DNA from: Trichodelitschia bisporula
Lineage: Eukaryota
Reading direction: 5' to 3'
Assembly: GCA_010356995.1 (NCBI GenBank)
Contig: ML996693.1
Span: 992,001 to 1,056,000 of the forward strand
DNA length: 64,000 nt
The stretch's first letter is position 1; every line of letters starts with the position of its first letter. Below the pieces are notes generated by a model. That model saw nothing but the letters and a program-made list of their open reading frames with translations. It had not been told where the DNA came from and made no database searches. Positions 18,931-30,822 of this stretch are shown here, one piece after another. The translations under genes and the position numbers were made by a program.

Positions 18931-19598
18931 ATGTTGGCACCATACTATCCTCAGCACTTGTCGCACTCAAGTGGACATGCCTCCCATCCGCATCATGCCG
19001 GCCGCTCAAGAAGAGCCGCGCGTGCGGCGAATAACCACCACCATAACCACCAGAAGCAACTCGCCCGCGAATTTCAAGCGAACCGGGAGATGCTTGCGAA
19101 ACGGGAGGCTTACATCGAGGCCATGGCTCAGGACTCTTTCCGTCGAGAATTCGAGGCTGCGCGCTCGTTCGAGCTCGAGGACGACGAGACCTTCTGCCCC
19201 TTCCACCTGTTGACGGAGGACGACGTACGTATTCGCACGGGCTTGCAATAACTGCATGCTCTCTGCGTTTGCCTATTGTTCATTCTCACTAACAGCCGCA
19301 GCTGCAATCCATTCCCTCCTCTGGCTCCGATCGATCGTCCTTGTCAAGTGGTTCGCCCGAACAATCACCGCTGCAACATCAGATCCAACCGTCGACCTTC
19401 CTGCTCCCTCCGACATCGGCGCCCTTCACCCCAGCCTACCAACAGCAGGCGACGCAACCCAAGATCCACCAGCCGTTAGCCCAGCGCACGCGCAATGCAA
19501 TTCCTATCGTCGATCCCACGACCCGTGCCGTCGCGAGTCCGCCACCGTCGGTGTCGCCCGCAAAGCAGATGCAGTCTTCCAGCGTTCGTCGCTGGTAA
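18931..19598 (+). CDS. Small low-complexity fungal hypothetical protein (His-rich N-terminus; FEAARSFELEDDETFCP motif)
   Basis: Good start context (CACAATG). Intron 19225-19301 (GTACGT...CTAAC...CAG) joins two ORFs in frame, ending RNAIPIVDP...SVRRW*. Confidence 0.8.
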
Positions 19599-21372
19599 GC
19601 CTGCTGCCAAATGACACTCGCCTCGGCAAATTCCTCCTTTTTGTGCGACTTCCTTTCCGACTTGGCATCGCCCGCGTACCATGGGATTCCGCTATGGCTG
19701 GTGGGGATATCGCTTGTCTTTGAACCAACGACCTCGACATTTCACGATCTCCTCTTCGACCCCTCAACCAACTCCCTAGAGGACCCGTCCATATCTGCAA
19801 TTGATTCTCTGTACAAATCAGCGACACCCCCCTTTCTATACGACATTTAAAACTCGGTGATACCACTTGGGCGACGGCGTTGCGATGTGACGAGGAAAGG
19901 AAATATTGTTCTGCTAGAGTACATTCTGGAGGTTTTTGTTTTGGGGCGCGCATGCGGGCTGCCTTTTTGATGCATCATTTCCGGTGTTTGCTTGTCAAGG
20001 GAATCGGTGTTCTGGGTCCGGGGAATGACCTCTGGGAAGTACAAGACACATGTTAAAACTCATTTACTTACACTGGGGTGGGTCACGGGGGCATGGTTGC
20101 CGCCTACGTCGGTTCAGCATTGTTGCGTTGTCGGTTCTGACTGTTGTTTATTATCTGGGCTTTTACGAAGGTGTAGGAGGGGTGAATGATCTCAAGCGTG
20201 TGTGAATTGGGCTGGGTGATGGGTTGAAATCTCTCGGAACGGCACTGGCGGCGCGAATTCGGTGTAGGGGAGGTGCTTGCAACATGGGAAACCGGTGGCA
20301 TGGTTGGCGAGGAGCGACTTTATTTCCTTTGGTGCAAAGGCCGTTTTCTTCGACCGATTTCGAGCAAAGGTGTCCATAGCGGGAATTTGGCCTGGTGTTC
20401 GGGACTTATGGTGTTGGGTACGGTGTCGTGTGGGGAGTGTGCCTGTTGAAAGGCTATGAGACAAACAACGTGTTTCTTTTCCTCTCTGTCTTCTTTGTCG
20501 GCTTTGCTGCCCTTTGGAATCTTGTGGTGGCCCGGCGCTCAACGCATTGCAGGGATGGAAATGGTCGGTGTTGTTTGCTCTGGACTGTTCGATATGGTGT
20601 ACGAGTTTGAGGGAGTTGGTGGGTGCGAACTGTATATACGGCGGAAGGGGTTGGTAGTTCTCCAGCGGAAGTTTTTGGCTCTCATTGGGGCGCGGTCTTC
20701 TTCTGCTTTGTCCTGCCTATTATCCTCTGCTCTTATTTTTTCCGTTTGGTCTGATGGTTAGGTTTGGGGGTGTTATGGCATCATGGACCTCTGCATGTAT
20801 GTATGCGTCGCATCTTGTTTTTCGACATAGGAATGTCATCATGTTCCGACTACACTTGGCGCAAGCGATGATGATGTGCAATAATGTCCAGTCCCAAAAT
20901 TCGTGATTGCGGCTAAAAGTTGGGGCGGAGGTGTCACCGCTTCGGCATGTCGATCGTGCGTTGCAATCGGTGTTATCGGAAGGAGTTTCCTCAACGCCGC
21001 AAACGCCTCCTCCACCAACGGGCACTCAGCTGCGTGCCTAGATATCAAAGCGATCTAGACTCCCAAGCAAGCAGCCTCAATATATCCGTTCCTGTCTACC
21101 TTTTAACCTTAACGTCCTGCCAACTAACAAAGAGCCGCACCGCACCCGAGGGCCGATCGCCATCCCTGTGCCTGCTGAGCGGAGTCCTTGCGGAACGATG
21201 ACGTAGCGTAGTTTGAGGGGAACTTAAAGTACGGCCGGCGGAATCCCAAGACCTGCGAACATCAACACAAAAATCCTACTCTACGACCTTCATTGATCTT
21301 TTCCGCTACACACGATACCCAGTTGGAACTCCAGAGTCTTTCTCTCCTCAACGCCTTTTTCGCCAATTCGAT

Positions 21373-21962
21373 ATGCTCTCGTCTACGCAATCTAGCGTCG
21401 CCCGCGCGGCTGCCCGGGTCGCGGTCGGCAAGGCGCCGTTTGTCGGCGGTGTGAGGGGGTTTGCGGGGAGTGCGGTGCGGATGGTTGGGAAGGAGGATGC
21501 GTTGCGTGAGTGTGGTCCTGCTGGGGGGGATGTCGCGATTTGAGGCGCCAATTGCCTTGTTCTGATATCTTACCTACCCCGCACCGAGGATGCCGAGCTT
21601 CTATCATACTGACGGATCACAGACACGGATGGTCGCGCCGAAGATGTGGACTTCCATAAAAAGGATCAGCTGGACAAGTCAAAGCGTGGCGAACAGCACT
21701 GGAAGGACGAGCTGGCGAGCAATAGCGAGTCGATTGTACGTTCACATCTACCTCCCGCATAAACCCCCTTGCCTACCCTCACCACCTCCCCACCGTATAT
21801 CAAACCGGATCTTCTCCATCTTGCGACACCATGTCCTCACTCTTATGCGTGCTAACCATGACGCAGGTCAAGGCGGAGCGCGGCGATATCAAGGCCAGCA
21901 AAGACACGATCGAGCAACTGCAGCGCGAAACGGAGAATCTGATGAAGAAGAAGGACCACTGA
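21373..21962 (+). CDS. Small (~110 aa) probable mitochondrial protein of unknown function
   Basis: Three exons with GTGAGT and GTACGT donors and CTGAC/CTAAC branch sites. Arg/Ala/Ser-rich presequence-like start MLSSTQSSVARAAARV, then HWKDELASNSESIVKAERG...LMKKKDH*. Confidence 0.75.
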
Positions 21963-22246
21963 GCGCTGTAAATTTACTGGGGCCGGAATTTCTGTCGAAA
22001 TTGATACCGATGCTAGACTGATGGAGACCGGTAGAAAGACGGGCAGATGCCAACAACTGTCCATATGCACCTAGTGCCACGGCTGTCAAGCTGAGATTAA
22101 TCAATGGCATGTGAAATTACCAACGCTGTATAGACGGTGCCTTCCCGCTGGTGATTCTCAAGGTACAGTCCTACTCCTCATATCAACGCCCGACGCCTCG
22201 CCTTATTCAAGCCCGTACGCATCACCGCCGCATAAACCCACATATA

Positions 22247-23107
22247 TCACCGCTTGGTAATAATAATCAAAAGCACAAGAACACAAACCAAAATCCCAAT
22301 CGTCAACCCCCCCCAATTCTGCCTCGCCTTCTCCGCAAACTTCCTCAGCCTCCTCCCCGCCCGATCCAGCTGCCCCTGATGCCGATCCACCCGCTCATCT
22401 ACCTCATCCAGCAGCAGCGCCTGACTATCCAGCTCATCCCCGATCTGGATACTCAATTCCCGCTGCCTGCCAATGCTGACGCCTAGTCGGTCCAGCGCTT
22501 CATCTTGCTCCGCCATGACGGCGCTGTGGTACGCGTGGATCTGCTCGTTGGATAGCTCGGCGTGGTCGGCGCCTGAGGCGCCCTCTGGCTCGTCTGTGTA
22601 CCGCGCATAGCGCCCTACGGGTTGGGGTGAGGTGGGGGGGGAGTCGGTGAAGCGCACGCTCTTGCTGACTTGTCGTGCGCCTGCCCGGCCCCGCGGCACG
22701 GCTTGTGCCCGCGCGAAGTCTGCGCTGAGAGCCGGGTCGTTGGGCGCGGTGATGGCGGCGGTCGTCGGGGCCGTGCCGTGGAATTTGGCGCTTAGGTCGG
22801 CGAACTGGTCTTTTATCCGGGCAAGTATACCGGCGCTGGCGCGGGTTAGCTCAAGATAGGGAGGGTTTATTGGGGGTGGAAGGGGGCCGCACTTAGTATC
22901 CACAGACGGATGCAGCGGGTCATCCCACGTCGGCCCTTGTGCTTCTAGGGCGGCGATGCCCGCCGCGAGGCTGTCGAGCGAGCGCGCGATTTGCGCGTCT
23001 CCGGCTGCGGGCTCGAGGTTCAGCGCCACGGCGCGCTGGCGCTCGAGGAGGGAGAGTTTGATGTGGTCGGCGAGGAGGAGGAGTTGGGAGGGATTTGTTG
23101 CGGCCAT
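22247..23107 (-). CDS. SYN8: Qc-SNARE, syntaxin-8-like
   Basis: LLADHIKLSLLERQRA N-terminus, SNARE motif EQDEALDRLGVSIGRQRELSIQIGDELDSQ, C-terminal TM anchor. Probable short in-frame intron near 22847-22891. Confidence 0.88.
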   Translation of the reverse strand: MAATNPSQLLLLADHIKLSLLERQRAVALNLEPAAGDAQIARSLDSLAAGIAALEAQGPTWDDPLHPSVDTKCGPLPPPINPPYLELTRASAGILARIKDQFADLSAKFHGTAPTTAAITAPNDPALSADFARAQAVPRGRAGARQVSKSVRFTDSPPTSPQPVGRYARYTDEPEGASGADHAELSNEQIHAYHSAVMAEQDEALDRLGVSIGRQRELSIQIGDELDSQALLLDEVDERVDRHQGQLDRAGRRLRKFAEKARQNWGGLTIGILVCVLVLLIIITKR

Positions 23108-23564
23108 GGTTGGGAGGATGGCGGGTGGGAAGATGGGTGGAGGACGGGTGGGGATGTGAAGGGCGAGGTGAGGTGAGGGCGGCGGTATCGCGGAGGTGCG
23201 TGTTTCGAATGTCGATGATACAATGCCGTCTGGGTGTCCCAGGATGTCGACCAAGACCGGGCGTCAGCGGATGCCTGATGCAGCCTGGGGGCCTGATCTC
23301 CGCGCCCTCCCGCCGCGACGTGATTGGTCTGTGCGCTGGCGCCGTCGCGCTGGTCCGGTCATCCGTTGTCGACTACCGTTCCATCCCTCACCCCTCCCAC
23401 TGGCGTCACCCCTCCTGGCATCAACAGCTGCGATTCACTACCCCGAGCTGCGTGTGCAGCGTTACGACAGCCTGGAAACGAATCGCTGCGTCTGCATGTT
23501 TTGAAAGAGTTTGCGGCGCCGATACACGCCTGGCTACGCCTGGCGCATCACCCCGCCACCCGCC

Positions 23565-25093
23565 ATGTCCTCAGAGCTCGAAGATGGCGGCCGCGACTCC
23601 CCGCCTGCGCCGTTCGAAACGATGCCGCCGCCCGCGCCGGTCCGGGTTGATCGCGAGTATCTTGAGCGGTTCACGGCTCAGTACGAGAATCCGGCGAGGA
23701 ATGCGGCGAGGGCGCAGGAGCAGCTGAACAAGGAACAACTGGAGGAGTACATGATAGAGACGGATCCGAACTATGACAGCGCCCGGCTGAACATCGCTGT
23801 GGATTTTGGCGGGCTGGATTACGTCGCTGATCCGAATGACCGGCTTAAGTGTCCTATTTGCCGCAATCCGTTTTTACAGCCGATTGAGGTCGGGACTTGT
23901 GGACATCTGTTCTGCGCGTCTTGTATTTATGAGTATGTTGACTCGGCGGTGCATAATGCGCATCTTTGTCCGGAGTGTCGGGGGCCGATTGATTTCTTTG
24001 GCGTGGCGTCGAGGGTTATCACGCAGCTGCTGGATGAGTTGACCGTCTATTGTCCGAATAGGCGGGATGGGTGTACGGCGGAGGTCCAACGGTGCTCAAT
24101 TGTCGGGCACGTTTCCAACGACTGTGGATTCCAACAGATTCCGTGTCCCGACGAGAAGTGCGACAAAACTATCGAGCGGCGGCAAGCGGAGAAGTGGTGT
24201 ATGCACAAGAAGGTCGAGTGCGAGTACTGCCACCTTGGGGTTGTGGAGAAGGATCTCGAGGTAAGCTGTTTGTTACCATACTTCCGTACCCATATTGACG
24301 TCTACAGTCGCATCAAAGAACCGTCTGTCCCGATGCATTCGCCGAGTGTCCGGATTGCAAGACCCCCTTCCTGCGGCTGGAGTTCCTGAAGCACCAACCC
24401 GAGTGTCCCAACACCACAATCAACTGTCCAGGCTCCTACCTAGGCTGCCCACTAACATCGTCCCGGGACGAAATCCAAGTTCACGCAAAGACATGCCCTA
24501 TGGCGCTCATGACGCCCAAATTCCAAAAAATGCAACTCAACCACGCCAGACTCGCAGCCGAGCACAAAGTCTCCACCAAAGCACAGGAGAAATCCACCCG
24601 CGACGCCGTAGCCCGTCTCTACGACTCAGAAACCAAATTCAGCGAATCCTCCACCAAACTCGAAAAGTGCTACTCAACTCTCTTCACCGCCCGCGGCGAG
24701 CCACGCTCCCGCATCGCAGCCCTTCTCGCCGAAGACCGCGACAGGGGCTTCGACCTCGAGGCCACCAACCCCGCCCTATCCCAACACATCAATTTCGAGC
24801 ACGAGGCCCGGCTCTCCGAGCAAGAACACCGTATGCTAGCGTTCGAAAACGTGTTCGGTCGCGTCGCGGCCATGGCCGAGGAGAACGCGATGAACAATAT
24901 GCATTTCTTGAATACGATTTCGCGGCTGGAGCAGGAGCTGCTTACGGTCCGGGCAGCGAATACGGCGCTGCAGACGCAGCTTTCGGCCCTGCTGACGAGG
25001 AGTCAGGAGGGGGCGGCGCCGGCGCAGAGGGGGGCGGGGAGTGGGAATCGGTTGGTTAGTGTGGCGAGGCATCATGAGCCGCCGAAGTTGTGA
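23565..25093 (+). CDS. RING (C3HC4) plus TRAF-type zinc-finger protein, probable E3 ligase
   Basis: CPICRNPF...CGHLFCASC...CPECR RING followed by CxN/CxxC TRAF fingers. Intron 24261-24307 joins to a C-terminal coiled coil ending PPKL*. Confidence 0.87.
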
Positions 25094-25455
25094 GTGGGGG
25101 GGGGGGGGATTGGTGGTTGCATGGAGTGGGTGGGTTGGCGTGCGTGTGTTTTTTTGTGGTTCTTAGGCTGAAGCGGCAGCGGTCACGATCGTTGGCAAAA
25201 GCATGGCATGCTGAGGCTGCTACTGGCGTTTAGTTGGGATGTTTAGCCATTGTGCCCCTCCCGTGTAAATGGCGGGGGCTGGGCTGGGGATGGCGTATGG
25301 GTTGGATGGGGTGGTGGGTATGTTCACGGTTGAAATATCCTATGGGATCGGACGATGGCATCACGATAGAATGATGTAAATAAACAAACTGATTCATGAA
25401 AGCTGCCTCATACTCCATATTCATCCCTCCGTCCTCAAACCCCCAAACTCAAAGC

Positions 25456-26700
25456 CTAAACAGCAATCTCCTCCCCACTCCCAACCGGCAACTCCGTCGC
25501 CGCAACATTACACTGCCTGAAAAGGCGGACCTCATCCTCCGCAAATGCGCCCACAACAGTATGCAACACGCCCCGGTTATGGAAGAGCACAAGATCGCCC
25601 TCCTCCCAATCATGCGCGTACACAAACCGCGGCGCAATCCCTGGGCGCTGAAGACGATGCACAATCTCCCTCACTACGGCGAGATCCTCAATCACCGTTC
25701 CGTCCTTGAGATGCAGTTTCCGCACTGCGCTCGGGTGTACTTGCAGCGCCAGTCCGCCAGTTACCGGATTCTTCCAGACCATCGGCAGAATCTGAATCTT
25801 ATCTTCCTCGATAGGCGGCAGGTCTACGAGCGGGATCTCAAGCCCCTCAGTCACCATCCCCAGCCCATCAGACCGGCTCTTCGCACCGCTCATCCAGACA
25901 TAGGGATGCGGGGCGTACTCGACACGCGTCGAGCGGACAAACGCCTTATCCTCCTCGCTGAGCAGCGTGTATGTCGTCTCGCCGTTTGAGAATGCTGTGG
26001 TGCCAAGCGGGACATCCAACTCCTCCCCGCTCCCATCATCATACCGCACGATCTGCCTGCGCCCCGCTGGGACCTTGACTGCGAGCAGCGCGGTGACGAT
26101 AGGCGGAGGCAAGGCGTAGAGCGCGGCGTCGATGTGCCAGCGATAGAAACGGGTGAATGCGAGATCATCTTCCGCCGGGATCGAGGTCTTGTGGAAGGTG
26201 CGGTGGTGCGGATGGCGCAGGGTGATGTTTTCGAGTCCTTCGTACGAGGCCACGAAGCCGTTGCCGATAACTTGGACTTGCGGCTGGTGCGGGATTGTCT
26301 TAAGGTCCGGGTGCAGGACGGAGCGCTTCGAGTCGAGCGTCTTGCCGTGGCCGTAGTTTGTGGCTAGCGGGTCGAAGCGGTTGGTGAGTTCGAATTGGGC
26401 GCGGGGGGAGAGGGTGGTTTGGTTCTTGATTACGACGACTTGGTGCTTGAAGAGGGCGTCGCGGATGAGGGCGAAGGTTTCGTCTGGCCTCCGTTAGTTG
26501 GGGTGTTCGACGGGGTGGGGCGATACTTACGGGAGGTTACCGATTTAACGGGTATTCTCCCAGGTGGTTCATTCCTTTGCGCGACGAGGCGACATACCGT
26601 TCAGGTTCTCAAGATCGGCATTGGAAACAGTTGCGCCGAAGTTGATACCCGAGCCGGGCTCTTGGGCGAGAGGCTCGACGGTGACGGGCTTGACAGTCAT
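25456..26700 (-). CDS. xanA: Alpha-ketoglutarate-dependent xanthine dioxygenase (TauD/TfdA family)
   Basis: YGHGKTLDSKRSVLHPDLKTIPHQPQVQVIGNG, FYRWHIDAALY (HxD) and DLVLFHNRGVLHTVVG. Intron 26597-26484. UaY site upstream. Confidence 0.9.
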
Positions 26701-26859
26701 TGTGAATTTGACTCGAATTATCAAAGATAACTGTGTTGGTTCTTGTTGGTATTGACTTTGGATGTCCTTTGCAATTGTTTGAGCTGTTCTATCGCTCGGG
26801 AAGTCGGTCCATATATACCATCTCGAAAACCGGGGAAGTCCTGCGGTGGCCGATGGAGG

Positions 26860-26873
26860 TCGGAGCCTTCCGA
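26860..26873. promoter_or_regulatory. UaY/Ppr1-type Zn2Cys6 binding site TCGG-N6-CCGA upstream of xanA
   Basis: TCGGAGCCTTCCGA is an exact match 160 bp upstream of the xanA ATG. A TATATA box lies near 26812 and GATAA sites near 26725, 26925 and 27034. Confidence 0.75.
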
Positions 26874-27269
26874 CCGGTGGTGGCGAATCAGAGCATCGCG
26901 GGCCTAGCCGTTCTCTCCACCACAGATAAGGCCCGGAGGCGGCAGACGCTTTCTAGCCGATATCGCAGCTGCTCATTAGCACTAGCACAGCGATTAGGCT
27001 TTTCATGTGATGGAGGCGACATGAAATCGCGCAGATAAGATTTGACGTTGTCGGGTCTTCAAAGCGGGGGCCAATCAATGGCAACTAGACTTCGGAGTGA
27101 ACTACGGACTACAAGTGTAAGCTATCTCGAGGACTGAAGGTAAGAAATTGAACTTCAGTCGACCTGAATTTGAATCCATGATCTCGGACAATGGTATCTC
27201 AATTTCAAGGCCGCCTGGAACGCCAGAAGTAGCACCAGAACGTCGGTTGTATCATGCGTCTGCCAAAGC

Positions 27270-28467
27270 TCATCGAATGGGCATGCCGCCCGGAATACCT
27301 GGTCGTCCCGCCTGTCGTCCGGTCCTAGACGTTGTGCGGTTTATGGGGTCGCCTAGCCTGGGAAACCTGGCTCCAACTGGCGTTTGAGTGCCGAGTCCAA
27401 TGCGACTCCCCGGGACTGTGTTGGTTAGGTTGTGCCGCGTAAACGCGTTGACCCCACTCTGGCTGACGGCGCCTACGGGAAGATAGTCCCTCGTTGCAGT
27501 GTTCTGGCTTAGCACAGACAGGCGGGTTCTGTGATGGTTTACGCCAAAGGCTGGTGAGTCTGTACTAGGATCAGTACTGCTTGATAGGCTATTGATAGTC
27601 ACAAGGTGCGGGGAAAGCTTGCAGTCTAGTTCGCAACTTACCGGACCGCCTTGGGGTATGCCCTGAGAACACGTCCCGCGCCTCCAGCCTCGCCCCGAAT
27701 GGATTAGGTCGAACCGAGTTCACGACATGTTCAGCATCCTCTGAGGCAGCCGCTTCCTGGTTATGGATGGCTCGTTCATTCTTGAGCGCACGGTAATGCT
27801 TATGCAGCTCGCCCATGGCCTTGGACTTCTGCCTGAATGCATCTTGAAGTTCAAAGTTCTTAGACTCAAGCTCAGTGTTCTTGTCCTGGGTTGCTTCGTG
27901 GGTTAGCAAGAGTGCGGGTTGAGATAGGTCATTACCCTTCAATGACTCCTGGAGGGCCCGGATCTGAGCATTCGCATCGGCGATGACGCTGTCGAGATTA
28001 CTGCTTAGATTCTTACACTTTTCCGTCACCTTCGAAGCAAAGAATGATTGGTAGTGGCTGGGGCCGTCAGTGAAGGAAAGACAAAGGAGCGGCGTGTTAC
28101 ATTTCCTGGGATGCTTGATACGAGTAGAAGGCAATTCCCCTCGCCGCACATTCCATGATCATGGTAGGACTGAACCCGCTGAGAACGCTCGTCTTATAGT
28201 CTTCTGACGGATTCAGATGCGTAATGGCGGCATCATCCTTGTGTGGGAGGGACGATTCACAAGCAGGACACGTCCTGGTTCCGCCTACAGGGCGAGAGAG
28301 GCCCGATGATTCGGCACATGCGAGGCAAAATATGTGGCTTTGGTGCGTTAGCGAATGATGGGGCATTGAGATCTAGGAAGGTACCTGCAGGTCGTAACCA
28401 CAGCCTGGTCCTTTAGCTCCACCCGACAAGTCAGCGTGTTGCAGCGGAAGGTATAGTCGTCCGACAT
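27270..28467 (-). CDS. HEI10: Meiotic crossover RING E3 ligase Hei10 (CCNB1IP1)
   Basis: MSDDYTFRCNTLTCR...AVVTTCSHIFCLACA...CPAC...LNPSEDYKTSVLSG.SP..IMEC..R followed by a coiled coil. Four plausible GT-AG introns; the last acceptor is uncertain. Confidence 0.87.
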
Positions 28468-29629
28468 CTCTAGAGTAAGAGTGCAAAGTAAGAGTGCGCT
28501 TGCGATCAATTGCGGGGAGGGAGTCGCAGTTGAGATGCGGTCCGGGTCGTCATGTAAACAATAGGTGCTTCGGGATGGCAGGCGCCAGGGATGGAGCTCT
28601 TTCTTCATGAAGTCAGGCGACTAGGATGCTCCACACGCTTACCACCATGCGGAAGGCATTGAGGAAGCAGTAAGAAGATCATGACTGGAGGTTTCAACGC
28701 CAACTACTGTACAATCTCCTGTCACAAGAACGCAAAGACTCCTAAGTATGTGACGCCAGACTCCCTCATGTTCTATGCTCGACAACCCACTACAAGTCCC
28801 CTAAGCCCGACCATTGGGCGAGTTGGCGCTATCCTTGTGTGATGCTTCGTGAGACTAGACTCCCTAGACTTTAGTAAGGTCGCTGCCAAAAAGAGAGCGT
28901 ATGTTATAATGGCCTACCGCGAGAAGCTCCTCCTTCCGCGTCTCTACCGACCTGCCCATGTAAAATACCTCTTCACTACTTCCTGGAAGGAGCAGGCTTC
29001 TTGAGAGGCTTCTTGAGAGGCATCTCTTTACGTTTGCAATCGGCGATCACTCGCCGTAGGGTGGATGTACAGACGGGTGTAGGCGAATCAGAAATCAGCT
29101 CTTTCCACCCATCTTGGGGTTGCGTTTGACACGCATCCGAATGTAGCGCTTCTAGGCTTCAGTGAGAGCCTCAAAACGGCCTTGTCGAGCTTTAGAAGCG
29201 AGTGTGGGTGGTGTTGAAGTGCTCAATTGTACGACGGATGGTGTTCACATGGCAGCCGAACTGCCTTGCAAGTACCGCTTTCTTTTTGCCCGCATTTGCA
29301 AGTGCAACGATCTGGGCGCGCCTCTCTGGCGACAACTCGCATTTAGTCCACGGGTTTTGCTTTCAACTTGGCAAGATTCAGGTATTGTGATCAATAATGG
29401 TGGAGTTGTGGTGGGTTGGGATTGAGGTGCAGTGCATGACGACGCGTGAGGGTTGATGTGTCGCGTTGGCCACACAGCTTTTGGGCAGGGACTTGTAGTC
29501 GGGAAAAGGTTGATCCAGGCAGCCTCTCCGAAGTCGCGCGGCCGGCCTGTACGTACCGTAGTACCGTCATCTGTCGCCACTACTCTGGTGAACTTTCTGG
29601 AAGTCACTCTCACCACGCGCCGCTCGAAG

Positions 29630-30822
29630 ATGGATTCCTCCAATCCCTCGTCCGGAGCGCCGTCGCGTAGCGAAACACCGAATCCCGCAAATCGCTTCAC
29701 CTCGCAGAATGCGACAGCCGAAGACTTGCTCCGATCGCAAACTGTTGGCCTTGTCCAGCTCTCCGACTTCCGAAAGCGACGTGCCGAGGCGCTCGAGCAG
29801 AAAGAGAGAGAGGCGCATGATCTTGCATTGGGCAGGTTAAGCACTCCGGGCTCCGGTGCCTCTACACCACGCGACGGGTAAGTGCTAGGTGTTGTGGATG
29901 TGGCAATTGCTGACGGCTGAAGTACAGTCAACCGACGTCAAAACCGCTGAGGAAGAAAAAGAAGATTGCAAAAGGCAAGGTGTCATTTGGGTACGACGAT
30001 GAAGAGGAAGAGTCCGGCACATCGGCGGTCGCCACACCGCGCTCCAAAAGCCCCGAGAACGACACAGCGTCGAAGAAGAAACTGGGGCCCAATTCCGCGC
30101 TCGGTGTGATACCTAAGACGATGACGAAGTCGGCCCTTCTCCGTGAGGTCCAGCAGCGGGAGCAGCTGCGCAAGGAGTTCATGGCGATTCAGGAGGTTGT
30201 CAAAGCCACCGAAATTGCTATACCATTCGTGTTCTACGACGGTACGAACATCCCCGGAGGTATCTGCAGGGTCAAGAAAGGGGATTTTATCTGGTTCTTC
30301 CTGGACAAAGCCCGCAAGGTTGGCGCTGAGCTGGGAGTTGGTGGAGACAAGGGCCGGCGGGAATGGGCTAGAGTCAGCGTGGACGATCTCATGTTCGTTA
30401 GAGGCGAAATTATTCTCCCGCATGTAAGTTGTTTCGCTATAGAGTCTGAACGTCGCTTATTCCTGCAGCACCTCGATTTCTACTACTTCATCGTCAACAA
30501 GGTTGTGGGTTTCAGCGGCCTGATGTTCAGTTACTCGTCGGAACCCACCACAAAACCGGAGGTGACGAAGGAAACACCGTCCGATCTGTCGAACTACGAT
30601 CCTCTTTCGAAGCCGGGCAAGAAGGCTCCCGTGAAACAGATACCTGATGAAGAGCTGGAAGGTTTCAACGATGACCCGACAGTTACTAAGGTTGTCGATC
30701 GGCGGTGGTATGAACGAAACAAGCACATATTCCCAGCAAGTGTCTGGGAGGAGTTTGACCCAACAAAGGACTACACGAAGGGCATACGCAAAGACGCGGA
30801 AGGCAATACCTTTTTCTTCTGA
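29630..30822 (+). CDS. XAP5: XAP5/FAM50 family nuclear protein
   Basis: QTVGLVQLSDFRKRR, IPFVFYDGT, VSVDDLMFVRGEIILPH and TKVVDRRWYERNKHIFPASVWEEFDP. Two introns. Confidence 0.92.

Noticed and set aside
22847..22891. Short in-frame stop-free introns in SYN8 (similar cases in HEI10 near 27900-27940 and XAP5 at 30424-30468)
   Set aside because: At about 45 nt, being 3n and stop-free is common by chance, unlike the 228-nt SAL1 case.
28996..29025. GGCTTCTTGAGA tandem repeat between HEI10 and XAP5
   Set aside because: Two and a half copies with no spacers or terminal repeats; simple slippage, not a CRISPR array or transposon end.
29453..29629. In-frame upstream extensions of XAP5 (also SYN8 23254-23108 and UPF3 47823-48020)
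   Set aside because: Sequence looks like promoter/UTR, and recognisable family sequence begins at the downstream ATG.
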